The notes under the pieces were generated by a model. The model saw only the letters and a list, made by a program, of their open reading frames with translations, ran no database searches and was not told the DNA's origin. Below, piece after piece: positions 1 to 12,790 of a stretch of DNA of 64,000 bases. The stretch spans positions 14,880,001-14,944,000 of the forward strand of contig NW_027361825.1 of assembly GCF_039654945.1 (NCBI RefSeq). The letters run 5' to 3'. Numbering within the stretch: the stretch's first letter is position 1; each line of letters starts with the position of its first letter. Made by a program: the position numbers and the translations under genes. The DNA comes from Dendrobates tinctorius (Eukaryota).

Positions 1-292
1 CACCAGTCCAAGCATCCATCACCAAACACACAGCAGCAAGTATAGAAAAGACTAGCGCATGGCAGAATAGCCATGCGCACTTTTTATAGCATGCGGGACC
101 TTCCGGAAATCTCCAGAGCCCCGAGCATAACCAATGAAATCAGGAGCAGGACCTGAGCACCTGACTCCTAAACTCCAATGAGAGCTCGTCCCGTGAGCAT
201 GCTCAGAAGCAGGGAAAAAGGACTTAGCCTCTGGAGACAAATGTGAGAATCTGGGTTGCTGCATAAGCATAGAATGACCCAGATTCCTAACA
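1..292 (-). mobile_element. 5' part of an LTR (same family as the solo LTR at 8188-9233), truncated by the window edge
   Basis: The reverse complement starts TGTTAGG at 292, as does the 8188 LTR. It also shares the GCTATAAAA..GCATGGC..GCCATGCGCTAG motif seen at about 8533-8572. Confidence 0.6.
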
Positions 293-599
293 AATGTAAT
301 GGCTATATACTGTATCTTATTAATATATATCCCTTGACAGCAGAGTTTAGGGGAGAGAATGATCGGGAATGTTGAGTTGCACAATTCCTTTTGGAAGTAA
401 CATATTTTCCTCTCGCCATTGAAACAAACATGTGGGAGAATTAACAAAAAAAAGAAAGAGAATAAGGAACATATTTGAGATGATTGAACCTTTTCAAATT
501 CATATTCGCCATATTGGCAGAATTAATACCTCAGGACGATATGTGGTACTCTTGATGCTTTTCATGGACATGTGAATCCTGTGTCTGCTCTCCATAGAT

Positions 600-752
600 A
601 TGAGAAAGGGGATAGAGAGAAAGATAGAGAAAGAGAGAGATAAAAAAAGAGAGGGGGGAGAGAAAAAGAGAGAGTGGAAGAGAAAAAGATCAAACGATAG
701 GAAGCAAGAGAGAAGGCAAGAAATAAAGAGAAAAAAGAGAGAGGGGAGACGA

Positions 753-792
<40 letters not shown>

Positions 793-795
793 AAC
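600..795. repeat. GA-rich / (GAAA)n simple repeat
   Basis: Directly visible; it explains the low-complexity ORFs 562-825 and 600-857. Confidence 0.9.
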
Positions 796-1770
796 ATGCA
801 AATGTGTTATCTTTTTTTGAAACATTTATGAAAATGGTCTTTACAAGGAGACATTGAGGTTGAGTTAAGATACCTATTAATTTTTCAGAAAATTTTGGGT
901 GATGCCATGTCCCAAAGACCCATAATTAATCTTGCTTAGGCTGAAAGACCCATCAAACCGCTCAGTGTGCACCTGTGGAAAATTATTGTGAGAATGGGGG
1001 GGAGTTATACATTTTTAGAAAACAGAAAATCCACAAGGAATTGATCTCCTATTAAAAGCTAACAAATGGCAACAAAAAATTGTGCTTTGTTTTCTTTTTC
1101 CCAAAACTAAATTTTGCTTTGCTTTTTCTCAAAACTATAGTGATACAAGTTGATAAAAACAAAAATCTTGGAAGGAAAATGTAAAGCCATACCTTAGGTT
1201 CTGTAGACATCTGTGCCAAAGCTTGTATTTAAAGTTAAGCAAAGCCAGATGATTCATTGTAGAACGGAGCTTAGTGCTGTCTGAGCTACTTCATTGGCTT
1301 ACAATTAAGTCTCTTGGGGTTCTCTTATATTAAAAAATGATGGAGATGCCAATGTTCATTCTAAATATTTATCATCTGAAAACTCGCTAATTCCTAAAAT
1401 TGGCTAATTTGAGGACTTGTTACATTTTTGCAGCATTTTATCATCCATATTATGACTGCAGGTCATGGACCACCCATAGTTCATGTAAACTCAACTTTGA
1501 AGACTATCGGATTCTACTATGACCGAAATTCAGTTCCGCTTCAAATCCTGTTGTAAAGACTCTAAGACTAGGTTCACATGACAGATTAAAATCTCCCATA
1601 GATTGGCCATTTGCATTGCTGCTGATCCTTACATCCATTATAATCCTTCAGTTTTTCTAAACAGAATCAGTTGGAAATACATAACAAGTGATATTATAGT
1701 AAATCTTTCCCCGGCTATGCCGAAAACTTGCATGAAAAGTGTTTAGCAAAACCTCAGAAAACACCATATA

Positions 1771-3376
1771 CAGTGGGGCAAAAAAGTATTTAGTCAGTCA
1801 GCAATAGTGCAAGTTCCACCACTTAAAAAGATGAGAGGCATCTGTAATTTACATCATAGGTAGACCTCAACTATGGGAGACAAACTGAGAAAAAAAAATC
1901 CAGAAAATCACATTGTCTGTTTTTTTTTCATTTTATTTGCATATTATGGTGGAAAATAAGTATTTGGTCAGAAACAAAATTTCATCTCAATACTTTGTGA
2001 TATATCCTTTGTTGGCAATGACAGAGGTCAAACGTTTTCTGTAAGTCTTCACAAGGTTGCCACACACTGTTGTTGGTATGTTGGCCCATTCCTCCATGCA
2101 GATCTCCTCTAGAGCAGTGATGTTTTTGGCTTTTTGCTTGGCAACACGGACTTTCAACTCCCTCCAAAGGTTTTCTATAGGGTTGAGATCTGGAGACTGG
2201 CTAGGCCACTCCAGGACCTTGAAATGCTTCTTACGAAGCCACTCCTTCGTTGCCCTGGCGGTGTGCTTTGGATCATTGTCATGTTGAAAGACCCAGCCAC
2301 GTTTCATCTTCAATGCCCTTGCTGATGGAAGGAGGTTTGCACTCAAAATCTCACGATACATGGCCCCATTCATTCTTTCATGTACCCGGATCAGTCGTCC
2401 TGGCCCCTTTGCAGAGAAACAGCTCCAAAGCATGATGTTTCCACCACCATGCTTTACAGTAGGTATGGTGTTTGATGGATGCAACTCAGTATTCTTTTTC
2501 CTCCAAACACGACAAGTTGTGTTTCTACCAAACAGTTCCAGTTTGGTTTCATCAGACCATAGGACATTCTCCCAAAACTCCTCTGGATCATCCAAATGCT
2601 CTCTAGCAAACTTCAGATGGGCCCGGACATGTACAGGCTTAAGCAGTGGGACACGTCTGGCACTGCAGGATCTGAGTCCATGGTGGCGTAGTGTGTTACT
2701 TATGGTAGGCCTTGTTACATTGGTCCCAGCTCTCTGCAGTTCATTCACTAGGTCCCCCCGCATGGTTCTGGGATTTTTGCTCACCGTTCTTGTGATCATT
2801 CTGACCCCACGGGGTGGGATTTTGCGTGGAGCACCAGATCGAGGGAGATTATCAGTGGTCTTGTATGTCTTCCATTTTCTAATTATTGCTCCCACAGTTG
2901 ATTTCTTCACTCCAAGCTGGTTGGCTATTGCAGATTCAGTCTTCCCAGCCTGGTGCAGGGCTACAATTTTGTTTCTGGTGTCCTTTGACAGCTCTTTGGT
3001 CTTCACCATAGTGGAGTTTGGAGTCAGACTGTTTGAGGTTGTGCACAGGTGTCTTTTTATACTGATAACAAGTTTAAACAGGTGCCATTACTACAGGTAA
3101 TGAGTGGAGGAAAGAGGAGACTCTTAAAGAAGAAGTTACAGGTCTGTGAGAGCCAGAAATCTTGATTGCTTGTTTCTGACCAAATACTTATTTTCCACCA
3201 TAATATGCAAATAAAATGAAAAAAAAACAGACAATGTGATTTTCTGGATTTTTTTTTCTCAGTTTGTCTCCCATAGTTGAGGTCTACCTATGATGTAAAT
3301 TACAGACGCCTCTCATCTTTTTAAGTGGTGGAACTTGCACTATTGCTGACTGACTAAATACTTTTTTGCCCCACTG
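1771..3376 (-). mobile_element. Full-length Tc1-family DNA transposon with long (about 200 bp) TIRs and TA target duplication
   Basis: Ends are TA|CAGTGGGGCAAAAAAGTATT ... AATACTTTTTTGCCCCACTG|TA. The TIRs are nearly identical and enclose a transposase ORF. Confidence 0.95.
1987..3009 (-). CDS. Intact Tc1 transposase, DD34E, 340 aa
   Basis: Paired-like HTH N-terminus, GAPRK linker, [15 protein letters not shown] and [11 protein letters not shown] motifs; 34 residues between the second D and E; no stops. Confidence 0.95.
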   Translation of the reverse strand: MVKTKELSKDTRNKIVALHQAGKTESAIANQLGVKKSTVGAIIRKWKTYKTTDNLPRSGAPRKIPPRGVRMITRTVSKNPRTMRGDLVNELQRAGTNVTRPTISNTLRHHGLRSCSARRVPLLKPVHVRAHLKFAREHLDDPEEFWENVLWSDETKLELFGRNTTCRVWRKKNTELHPSNTIPTVKHGGGNIMLWSCFSAKGPGRLIRVHERMNGAMYREILSANLLPSARALKMKRGWVFQHDNDPKHTARATKEWLRKKHFKVLEWPSQSPDLNPIENLWRELKVRVAKQKAKNITALEEICMEEWANIPTTVCGNLVKTYRKRLTSVIANKGYITKY

Positions 3377-3552
3377 TATATAATGAGCTTTGACATACTC
3401 CATGCTGACACTTGCAAAGAACCGCACTATTTTTGCAGTTCCAAAATGCTTCTCATCAGATTTAATGCTCAGGGCTCAGTAAAAAATTAAAAATAAATAT
3501 TAGATTTTTCATTTTAATGCAATAATTGTTTTCTGTGAATTTTGTGTTATAG

Positions 3553-3677
3553 ATTTCCTTTACTGTTGGAAACACTTCGTTGACACGACCGAATCATTTA
3601 TTCCATGGCGACATTTGGCCAAAACCTATCACAATACTTTTCAGTGGTTGTCGGACGCTTTACAGTCCGATTCATAG
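3553..3677 (+). CDS. Terminal coding exon of an AID/APOBEC-like deaminase (paralogue 1): (D)FLYCWKHFVDTTESFIPWRHLAKTYHNTFQWLSDALQSDS*
   Basis: Pyrimidine-rich acceptor ttgtgttatAG and phase-1 start. It carries the D-F-x-Y-C-W-x-x-F-V and F-x-P-W motifs of APOBEC helices 5-6 and is clearly paralogous to exon 18051-18157 (CWKHFVDT-ESFIP shared). Not in the ORF track. Confidence 0.8.
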
Positions 3678-4314
3678 ACAATACATTATACAATGGATGT
3701 AAATATTGAAAGAAATAGGAAATAACTTTTTTTTAATAACCTGTAGCACTTTCTGGGATTGTTAACCGCTCATGTGCTCCATCTTCAGAAAGGGGAAAAG
3801 TCTGAGAGGTTGGGAATATTCGTTTTCTGTCCTCCTTTATGGAGTGTTGCTCCAGGAAAAGGTTTCTGCATCAGCAAGCTGCTTCCCAACCAAAGTCCTA
3901 CCCTTTTCTTATATGTATATAAGAAACCGAGAGATCAAACTATCAGCTACATAAAATGGACTTACTCTTCTTTTCGACTATGAAGGATACAGGATACTTG
4001 CATTTATGCTATATATGTACTTTAATTTCTACTTTTATGATTTTTTTGCTAATGATTTTGGAAATATTTTATCACGACCAATATGAGTTATTCTTATCAT
4101 GATGTTAGTATTATTTGATTATGTATTATTTTATTTAAGAAACTTGTATAAACTAATTGGAAAAAAATCAACCAATTAAAAGTTTTAATAGCTCTTCAAA
4201 TTAATGTCACATGTTAATTAATTGGGGCACCGGTGTAACGATTATAGTTGGCATTATTGAGCCGCTAAATAGAGGGGGACACACTGTGGTTGTTCCCATC
4301 AACAGTACTACTAT

Positions 4315-5730
4315 AGATGGCCAATTTCGAACAGTAATGTTCGGCGTCTGTACCAAATACCTACTGTTCAGGCATGGACACTGAACATGGACTTCACCAG
4401 GAAGTCCGTGTTACTGTTCGGGTTCGGCTGCCCTCACCTGTCCATCGTTCTGTCCCACGCTGTAATCCATGTCTGGGGGAAAAAGTTTTCAACCTGGACG
4501 GTGCTAAGATGCGATCTCACCGAAGTCACGGCAGTTCAGCCCTGCAGGGAATGCAGCCTCAGTGACCGGAAGTAACCTCGATGACGTCACCTTCGGTCAC
4601 TGAGGCTCTGCTTGCAGCAGTTCAGTCACCAGTGGTTGTCAGCCTGGATGGTCGCATCTTGGCACCATCCAGGTTGAAAACTATTTATCTCCCAGACATG
4701 GATTACAGCGTGGGACAGACAGGTGAGGGATATTGTTGTTTTTTTTATTTCAGTATTGTTACAAGAGAACAAGGGCTTTGGTGGAAAAGGTGTTAGGGGA
4801 GTATAACTTTGTTTGTTATTTTTAAATAAAAAATAAAAAATTGTGTTTTGTTTTATTTCTAATAAAGGACTTTATTCTGGCTGTGTATTTACAATATAAC
4901 TATACGATTAGTAATGGATAGGTGTCTTATAGACATTACTAAGCCATGAGCTTGATGTCACCTGACAATACAAAGGTGACATCAGCCCCACAATATGAAC
5001 CCACTTGCCACAGTTACAGGGCAAGTGGGAAGAGCCGAGCAAAGCACCAGAATTAGCACATCTATTAGATGTGCCTTTCCTGGGTAGCTGCGGGCTGCTA
5101 TTTTTAGGATGGGGGGCCAATATCCATGGCTCCTTACCAGCCTGAGAATACCAGCCTCTAGCTGTCTGCCTTAGCAAGGCTGGATGTCAAAAATGGGGGA
5201 CGCCACACCATTTTTTAAAATTATTTAAATAATTTTAAAAAAACAGCGTGGGGACCCCTCTATTCTTGATAACCAGCCTTGTTGACACCTAAGGGTTGCA
5301 GCCCCCAACTGTGAGTTTTGCCTGGCTGGTTATCAAAAATACAGGAGATGGCTAATGAATATACCCATCAGCTGTACCTGCTACTAATTAGTGGACCAGG
5401 TGTCAGATAATGGGAGTAGTAGTCCCATCCACTTGACACCAGTGACCGGAGGTAAACTTTACACCTCTGATCACAGCTGAGTGCTCACGCTGTCTTTTGA
5501 CAGCGTGGGAACCACGGCTCTCTAACTGGCGGGAATGATTTTACCGCACATCAGAAGCGGTGTTTGCCGCGCTGTCATGAACATGACAGCATGAAAAACA
5601 CTGGAAGTCCAACCCCCCATTCACAGTCCGGGTTCGGGTCCAGGTACTGTTTTGGTACCCGAACACGAACTTCTTGTAACTGTTCGGCCGAACCCTCCGG
5701 ACCCGAACGTTCAGGTGTCCGCCCATCTCT
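4315..5730. mobile_element. Non-autonomous DNA element (hAT-like TAGAGATG terminus), boundaries approximate
   Basis: The right end is GTCCGCCCATCTCTA with subterminal inverted GTTCGG/CCGAAC repeats. The internal block is shared with 14050-14520/16150-16600 and 52350-52680. Confidence 0.5.
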
Positions 5731-6887
5731 AGTTACTACTAACTGGCCAGAACTTTTGCAGTATTCCTTGCTTCATTGTTAGAAAATGAATGGTCATAAA
5801 AAGGATACAGAGGTGAAAACAAACTCTTTCTACCCTGGGTGGTACAATCTAGAACTTTTTTGGAGGGATAATTTTGATGTTTACTATAGGTTTCCTCTCT
5901 TCTATATTTCTATAAGCAAACTGGAATATAAGTTGTGAATCCAGAGCCATAAGGCCTCTAGGAGCAATGTAGTGAACAACCATCCATCTGACAGCATTTG
6001 CATGCACACACAGTGAGATACTGCAGCTGCATCTCACTCCTCCCCATACCATAATTTAATGCAATACTTTAGATGGAAATTTTAAGGACCTTAATTTTAA
6101 GAACTGTCTGGCCACAGTCTATACAATCTGCAGATTGAGTATCCCACATTACCAATCCCATAGTCACTGGAAGGAAATCATTAACTGAAAAAGACATTAA
6201 AGTTTTGGAATATAGTTTGCAAATGTTTGAAGTATTAGGCACAGAAGACGATATTAAAAGTAACGGTGTAGGGTTTTGTGCACAGAAGTTTTCTAGGATT
6301 TAAAAATTTCTGTAGTGGGGTTGAATTTTGCTCTCACCTTAAAGCTGTGGTTTCTTAACGACATCCGTTGTCCTCATGCCTTTTATTACAGAGCATGATC
6401 CCTCCTATGCAAGTATTGTTTACCCCCTACTATTTCTTTATGCACGCTGGTGTATCATCCATAGAGATGACATGACAGGTGACCATGATGGGCATTCACC
6501 GGCTGCAGCAGTGACGTCACATAACGACAGGCATCATGTTAGGAACAGCAAGGGGCACACAACACATTGGAGTGAAAATGCTAAATATATTAATTTGCTA
6601 ATTTTTCCATTTTCCAAAGGGTTTCTTTTTAAATCATGGAAAGGGAAATAACAGCTAGAATATCTGACTGGGTTCACATGCAGTTGAGGCAGTGAGACAG
6701 CAGGTATGATTTTGATGCAATTGTGTCGCTATACTTTGACTTCAATAGTGTCAAAAGAGGATTTAATAAATGCATATTAATGCACATGGTGTCCCAGTGG
6801 ATGGATGTCATTCACAGCAGGGGATACCAAGTGCAGGAGAGCACCACTGTGAACAAGCAGGTTTCTGGTCAAATCTGGACACCAATA

Positions 6888-8040
6888 TATTTTATTATTA
6901 ATTATTATTATTATTTATTATTATAGCGCCATTTAATTCATGGCGCTTTACATGTGAGGAGGGGTATACATAATAAAAACAAGTACAGTAATCTTCAACA
7001 AAACAGTCACGACTGGTACAGGATGAGAGAGGACCCTGCCCGCGAGGGCTCACAATCTACAAAGAATGGGTGAGGGTACAGTAGGCGAGTGTAGAGCTGG
7101 TTGTGCAGTGGCTTGGTCGATCGGTGATTACTGCAGGTTGTAGACCTGTCAGAAGAGGTAGGCCTTCAGGCTCTTTTTGAAGGTTTCCATGGTAGGCGAG
7201 AGTCTGTTGTGGTAGAGAGTTTGAGAGTAGGGGGGATGCGTGAGAGAAATCCTATATGCGATTGTGGGAAGAGGAGATAAGAGGGGAGTAGAGAAGGAGA
7301 CCTTGTGAGGATCAGAGGTTGCGTGCAGGTAAGTACCGGGAGACGAGGTCACAGATGTATGGAGGACATGTTGTGGATAACTTTGTATGCCATGGTTAGG
7401 GTTTTGAACTGGAGTCTTTGGGTAATGGGGAGCCAGTGCAGAGATTGACAGAGGGGAGAGGCCAGGGAATAGCCAGGGGACAGGTGGATTAGTCGGGCAG
7501 CAGAGTTTAGAATAGATTGGAGGTGTGCAAGAGTGTTAGAGGGGAGGCCACAGAGCAGGAAGTTGCAGTCAGTAGTCAAGGCAGGAGATGATGAGGCAAG
7601 GAATAGGGTTTTTGCAGAATCTTGGTTGAGGAATGTATGGATCCGGGAAATATTTTTGAGTTGAAGTCGGCAGGAAGTGGAAAGGGCTTGGATATGTAGT
7701 TTGAAGGAGAGATCAGTGTCAAAGATTACCCCGAGGCAGCGAGCTTGTGCGACTGGGAGAGTAAGCAGCCATTTATTTTAATGGATAGGTCTGCTGGGGG
7801 GGGGGTCAAGTGAGAAGGGGGAAAGATGATGAATTCTGTTTTGTCCATATTAAGTTTTAGAAATCTAGCGGAGAAAGATGAAATAGCAGAGAGACATTGT
7901 GGGATTCTGGTTAGTAGGGATGTGATATCTGGTCCAGAGAGGTAGATCTGTGTGTCATCAGCATAGAGGTGATACTGAAAGCTGTGAGATTCTATGAGCT
8001 GTCCGAGGCCGAAGGTGTAAATGGAGAAGAGCAGGGGTCC
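6888..8040 (-). mobile_element. L2-clade LINE 3' fragment, degenerate
   Basis: Minus-strand RT C-terminal remnants (LQSILNSAARLIH, LHWLPI, FKKSLKAYLF) and an (AAT)n-type tail at about 6890-6925. Confidence 0.85.
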
Positions 8041-8187
8041 TTTTATGGAGGGCTAAATGGTCTTAGGAGGACATTTCACTATTTTTGGCCTGTTAGATTG
8101 GGTACCTTATAATAAAGGCCCTGACGAGCTAAATAAATCTAATTTTTTTTTTTGCTGCAGAGATATTGGCTTGTAAACATTATAGTG

Positions 8188-9233
8188 TGTTAGGCGTCGG
8201 GTTCCTGTCGCTGCACAGCGGGAATCCCGAGCCTTGCATTCGGCGGTCTCCCATTCCCCTCCGGCCGCACAGGAGGCTGCTCAGCCGACTCGTCGATCCA
8301 GACGCTCCGCTCAGACCAGCTCTGTAGGTTTGGTTGCTGCTGCCACCTCTGGTCCAGCTATAGCAACGCATGCTGGTCAGCAGCGAGCTACTCCAGGGAC
8401 TACGTCCTCCATTCTGTCCACTGAGCAGGCTCGTGGGACGATCTCTCATTGGAGATCGGAGGTCACATCCTCAGGTCCTTCTCCAGCTCAGATTGGACCA
8501 TCAGGAAGGTCAGGAAGGTCCCGGAAGGACGCCGCTATAAAAGAGTCGCATGGCCGCGCGGCCATGCGCTAGTATAGACTCTGATGGCTACTTGTGTGTG
8601 TAATGACGGATGTATGAGACTGGTGACTGACTCATTATGAAACCCCTTCTCTCGGTTGTGTAGGAGTTATGGTTTAGGGAGATAAAGTCAGCGCCAGTAG
8701 TGGCATAGTCTATGGGCTACTGAGCATCCCGCTCCCCACACGAGCGTTAGCGCCAGATAGCGCCAGTCAGCGCATGGCACCACTGGGCCGCATATGCAGC
8801 AGGGTTCCTCGCAGCGGTGCACGTCAAGCGCTTACCTCCCTGCTCATGGTAGTTATTGGTGTCCGCTGAACCGATGCAGTGCACACGGGGTGCAACTATA
8901 TTAATTAGTTCGGGCATCGCAGTGGCGGTGTCGAACGCTAGTGGGACTAGAGGGACTCTAACCCCGTGTCCTTGAGGCAGAGTCCTGTGTCTCTGAACTA
9001 GTGTTCACCTTGCCGAGCCCTGTGAGGTTAACAGGCTCCGGCACTTGTGTTCTGCGGCTCTGTGCAGTAACAGAGTTTGCTCCTGTACACACTGGGTCAG
9101 CGTTTACCCTGCCGGTGTTCAGTCAGTGTCCGCCATTACCGAGCAGCAGTATGACATCTCTGCACGGTGGACCCTGGGTTGCGAACGCACCTTATTATTA
9201 TATTTTATTTGGTGCGTTCCGCCAACCCTAACA
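8188..9233 (+). mobile_element. Solo LTR (about 1046 bp)
   Basis: TGTTAGG...CCTAACA termini, flanks TAGTG/CAGTG (5-bp TSD with one mismatch), and an internal TATA-like CTATAAAA at about 8535. Confidence 0.75.
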
Positions 9234-10845
9234 CAGTGCCTAATAATCTAAATGTTCCCTTCAACCAAGAGTGCATTAGAAGAGATTCTTCTCTGTAGGC
9301 ATTTACTTTTTCCTCTGAACTACACTACCGAATCATAAAAAGGCAGAATCGTACAGGGGGGGAAAAAACACCATTTTTTTCAGTGTGATGTGGTAATACT
9401 TATGTGGCTAACCATCTCACACTGAGATCTCTTTACATCCGATGCTTGATAACATTACAAGTGCCAAGAGGAGAGCTGTATGCCATTACACACAATGCTA
9501 TGGATATATCCCAGACATTGAGGAATAATGTGCTGATACCAGGAATAGATTTATGCTACATGCTGCTCGCACACTACAGCACTCCTCTGCCGACACTGTC
9601 ATGTCATTCATAATCTAATGACTTGACAGTGATGTGAGAGGAGAGCTGCAGTGGTGATCAGTTTGCCACAAACAACATTCTGGATATATTTAAGTTATCA
9701 GGACATTATTCCCCGATATCTGGGATAGAGTCACAGTGTAGTTTGCAGCAGAGCTCTCCTCTTTTTCTGGTGCTTGTAATGTCAGTACATGTTCCAGGAG
9801 TGAGGAGATCCCAGTGTGATAACGTTAGACACATCATTCTCATCACATGACACTGAAAAAGCCAGTTCTGACATTCTCTGGGGGTGTTTTATTTTCCATC
9901 TGTATGATGCTGCCTTTTTATGATTAGGCAATGAAATACAGTGGAGAAAGTAAATTTTACTAGCCAATATCTGTACAAAAGAGAAAAGATATATAAAAAA
10001 TAAAATCTATGCTTTATTCAGTTCTTCAATCACTTTATCATAAGGTACAATCCTACACCACAAGTAAATTCTACTAATAAAAATACCCCCTTTTTCTTAG
10101 TTAAAAATAAAGAAAGGAAAAAAAAACATATTTGGTATTCAGATCTACAAAATATCAAACTAATTTTTATGGTAACCACTGTAAAGAGCAGTTGAATTGC
10201 ATTTGACCTATATATAAAAAGACAATAAAATGTCAAAATCTTGAATGTCCCTCAATTTAATATCAATAAAAAGAAGCGCTAACACAGTTCCACCAACAGA
10301 AAAATAAAAATGTTACAACTTACGAATTTTGTAAAATGAATAAAAAAATGTTATTTTTACAAAATCTGATTTTCTTCATCACTTAAAAAGAAAAAAATCA
10401 ACATAAATTTGGTATCCCCATAACCACACTGACCTAAAAAAAATAAATCATGTTTTAAGATCATTCTTACAGCACAATAAATGTAAAAACAAAGCAAAAA
10501 ATTGCTTTAATTCATCCCACTTGGAATTTTTTTTTCCATTTTCATAGTACATTATAGGGCAAAATGAATGGTGTCATTCAAAACTACAGCTTGTCCCACA
10601 ATAAAACAAGCCCTAAAATGTTTAAGTCGAAGTAAAAATAGAAAAGTTATTGCTCCTGGAAGAAAAAGAGGGAAAAAAACAAAAGTGCAAATATGAAAAA
10701 AAAATCATTAACATTAAAGGGTTAATAACACCTTACAAGGGGATTTCTGTTGTTTATTAAGAATATCCTTACATCTGAATATTTACTCATCTTTAAAAAA
10801 AATGTATGGACAGAGATTAGTTGCAACATCTAGCACAGACAAGCT

Positions 10846-10985
10846 CTTTCAGTTTCTTTTCCTGAGAGTCGTTAGGATCCATCAGCTGCTTTTATGTTCT
10901 TGGGTGAACAATAATTGACTTGTAAACCATAAACTGGGAGTGATCAGAATTCAGGAAATAGAAACTTAATGAAGTTGACTATAAA
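10846..10985 (+). promoter_or_regulatory. Candidate interferon-responsive promoter of APOBEC paralogue 2: two ISRE/IRF elements plus TATA box
   Basis: CTTTCAGTTTCTTTTCC at 10846-10862 (reverse GGAAAAGAAACTGAAAG), GGAAATAGAAACT at 10954-10966 and TATAAA at 10980-10985, followed by a CAG|GTCAGT donor at 11129. Confidence 0.6.
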
Positions 10986-11009
10986 CCTGACCCAAAGACT
11001 GGAATGTAC

Positions 11010-11129
11010 TCACCCAACAAAGGATGTTCTGCATCGTTACTAGACAAACCCGTCTCTAACTATCAAAGCGTGGATGATTTCCATCCAAGAAGTCAGACCA
11101 GAAGAACACTGGAAAGTTGAACACATCAG
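11010..11129 (+). other. Putative non-coding first exon of APOBEC paralogue 2
   Basis: Starts about 25-30 bp after the TATA box and ends at donor CAG|GTCAGT. The matching acceptor tttttaAG at 12915 precedes the catalytic exon. Transcription start is inferred. Confidence 0.45.
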
Positions 11130-11679
11130 GTCAGTACGTCCCCAGTCAGCATATGGATATGTCTAACCTAACATCATTATGCCTAAATTACAAACATGTA
11201 CCTAAATTTACATAAGATAATGCGATCTACATTTTTTAGACATGTCACAGATGAAAAGTAAAACTTGGTATGATTCATGATTCTTCCTACTGTCTGCACG
11301 TAGATGTGGGAAAACTTTGAGTGACTCTGCCAAAATGAAAACCATACAGTAACATTGTTGCATAGCTGGAAAAAAAAAAAGCAAAAAAGAAATAAAAAGA
11401 TGTTCCTAATTTCAGCCCCAAATCACACAAAGTTGATCCAGAGGAAGGCAACCCTTCCCATGAGGATAAAGACAATTTTCCACATCTTAGGAAAAAATTG
11501 ATCTCCGAGTCCAAAAAGTGCAATCAAAATAAACCCCTGATTCAACAGCTCATCTCCAGACATTTCATAACCATAAGTTGTAATATTATAATTTGCCACA
11601 ATCCTATCTACACCATGATGTCACAGATGGAAAAAAAAAGTCTAGGATAAATTCTAACAAATTTAGATTTTTGATGTGC

Positions 11680-12790
11680 GTTAATTTGTGAAAAAAACAG
11701 AAATTTGGCAAAAATTTTGAAACTTTTATTTTTTACCACATACCACATGTCTACTTTACATCAGCACATCTTTTGAAATATAATAATTTTTTTTTGCTAG
11801 GACGTTATAAGGGTTAAAATTTGACCAGCGATTTCTCATTTTTACAGCTAAATTTGAAAAACCATCTTTTTAGGGACCACCTCACCTTTGAAGTAACTCT
11901 GAGTGGCCTATATGACAGAATATACCCAAAAATGACACCATTCTAAAAACTGCACCCCTCAAGCTACTCAATACCACATTCAAGAAGTTTATTAACCTTT
12001 CAGGTGCTTCACAGGAATTCTTGGAATGTGGAAGGAAAAAATAAACATTTCTTTCACAAAAATTATATTTTAGACATATTTTTTTTTAATTTTGCAAGGG
12101 AAACAGGAGAAAATGGACCACACCATTTGTTGTGCAATTTCTCCTAAGCATGGGGATACCCCATATTTGGGGGAAATCTACTATTTGGGCACACAGCAGG
12201 GCTTGGAAGGGAAGGAGCGCCATTTGACGTTTTGAATGTAAAATTTGCTGGAATAATTAGCGGACGTCATGCCATATTTGGAGAGCCCCTGATGTACCTA
12301 AACAGTGATAACCCCCAATAGGTGCCACCATTTTGGAAACTACACCCCTTAGGGAACTTATCTTGATGTGTATTGAGCATCTTGAACCCACAGATGCTTA
12401 ACAGAAGTTTATAACCTTAAGCCTTGAAAATAAAAAAAAATCAAATATTTTCCACCAAAATCTTTTTTAACTCCAAATTTTGTATTTTCACAAGGGTAAC
12501 AGGAGAAAATAGACCCCAAAATTTGTTGTGAAGTTTCTCCTGAGTGCACCGATAGCCCATATGTCATCGAAAACTGCTTTCGAGGCACAGTGCAAAGCTC
12601 ATAAGGGAAGTAGCGCCATATTACAGTGCAGATTTTGCTGCACTTGTTTGAGGGTGCCATGTTACATTTGCAGAGCCCCTGAGGTGCCAACACAACAGAA
12701 TCCCTCAAATGTGACCCCATTTTACAAACTAAACCTCTCATCTAGGAGTGCAGTGGTACCACAAGTGTGTCACATACTTTTATACCATAC
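11680..12790. mobile_element. Degenerate fragment of the TTAA/CCCTT-ended satellite-bearing non-autonomous element
   Basis: Homologous to 24150-24950 (CATTCTAAAAACTGCACCCCT, GGAGCGCCATTTGAC, GATGTACCTAAACAGTG). Confidence 0.65.

Noticed and set aside
293-1770. Search for the catalytic exon of APOBEC paralogue 1
   Set aside because: No HxE or SWSPC-like frame found; weak look-alikes (TCATGGACC at about 1464) hit stops immediately.
2360-3100. 246-aa plus-strand ORF
   Set aside because: Antisense shadow of the Tc1 transposase.
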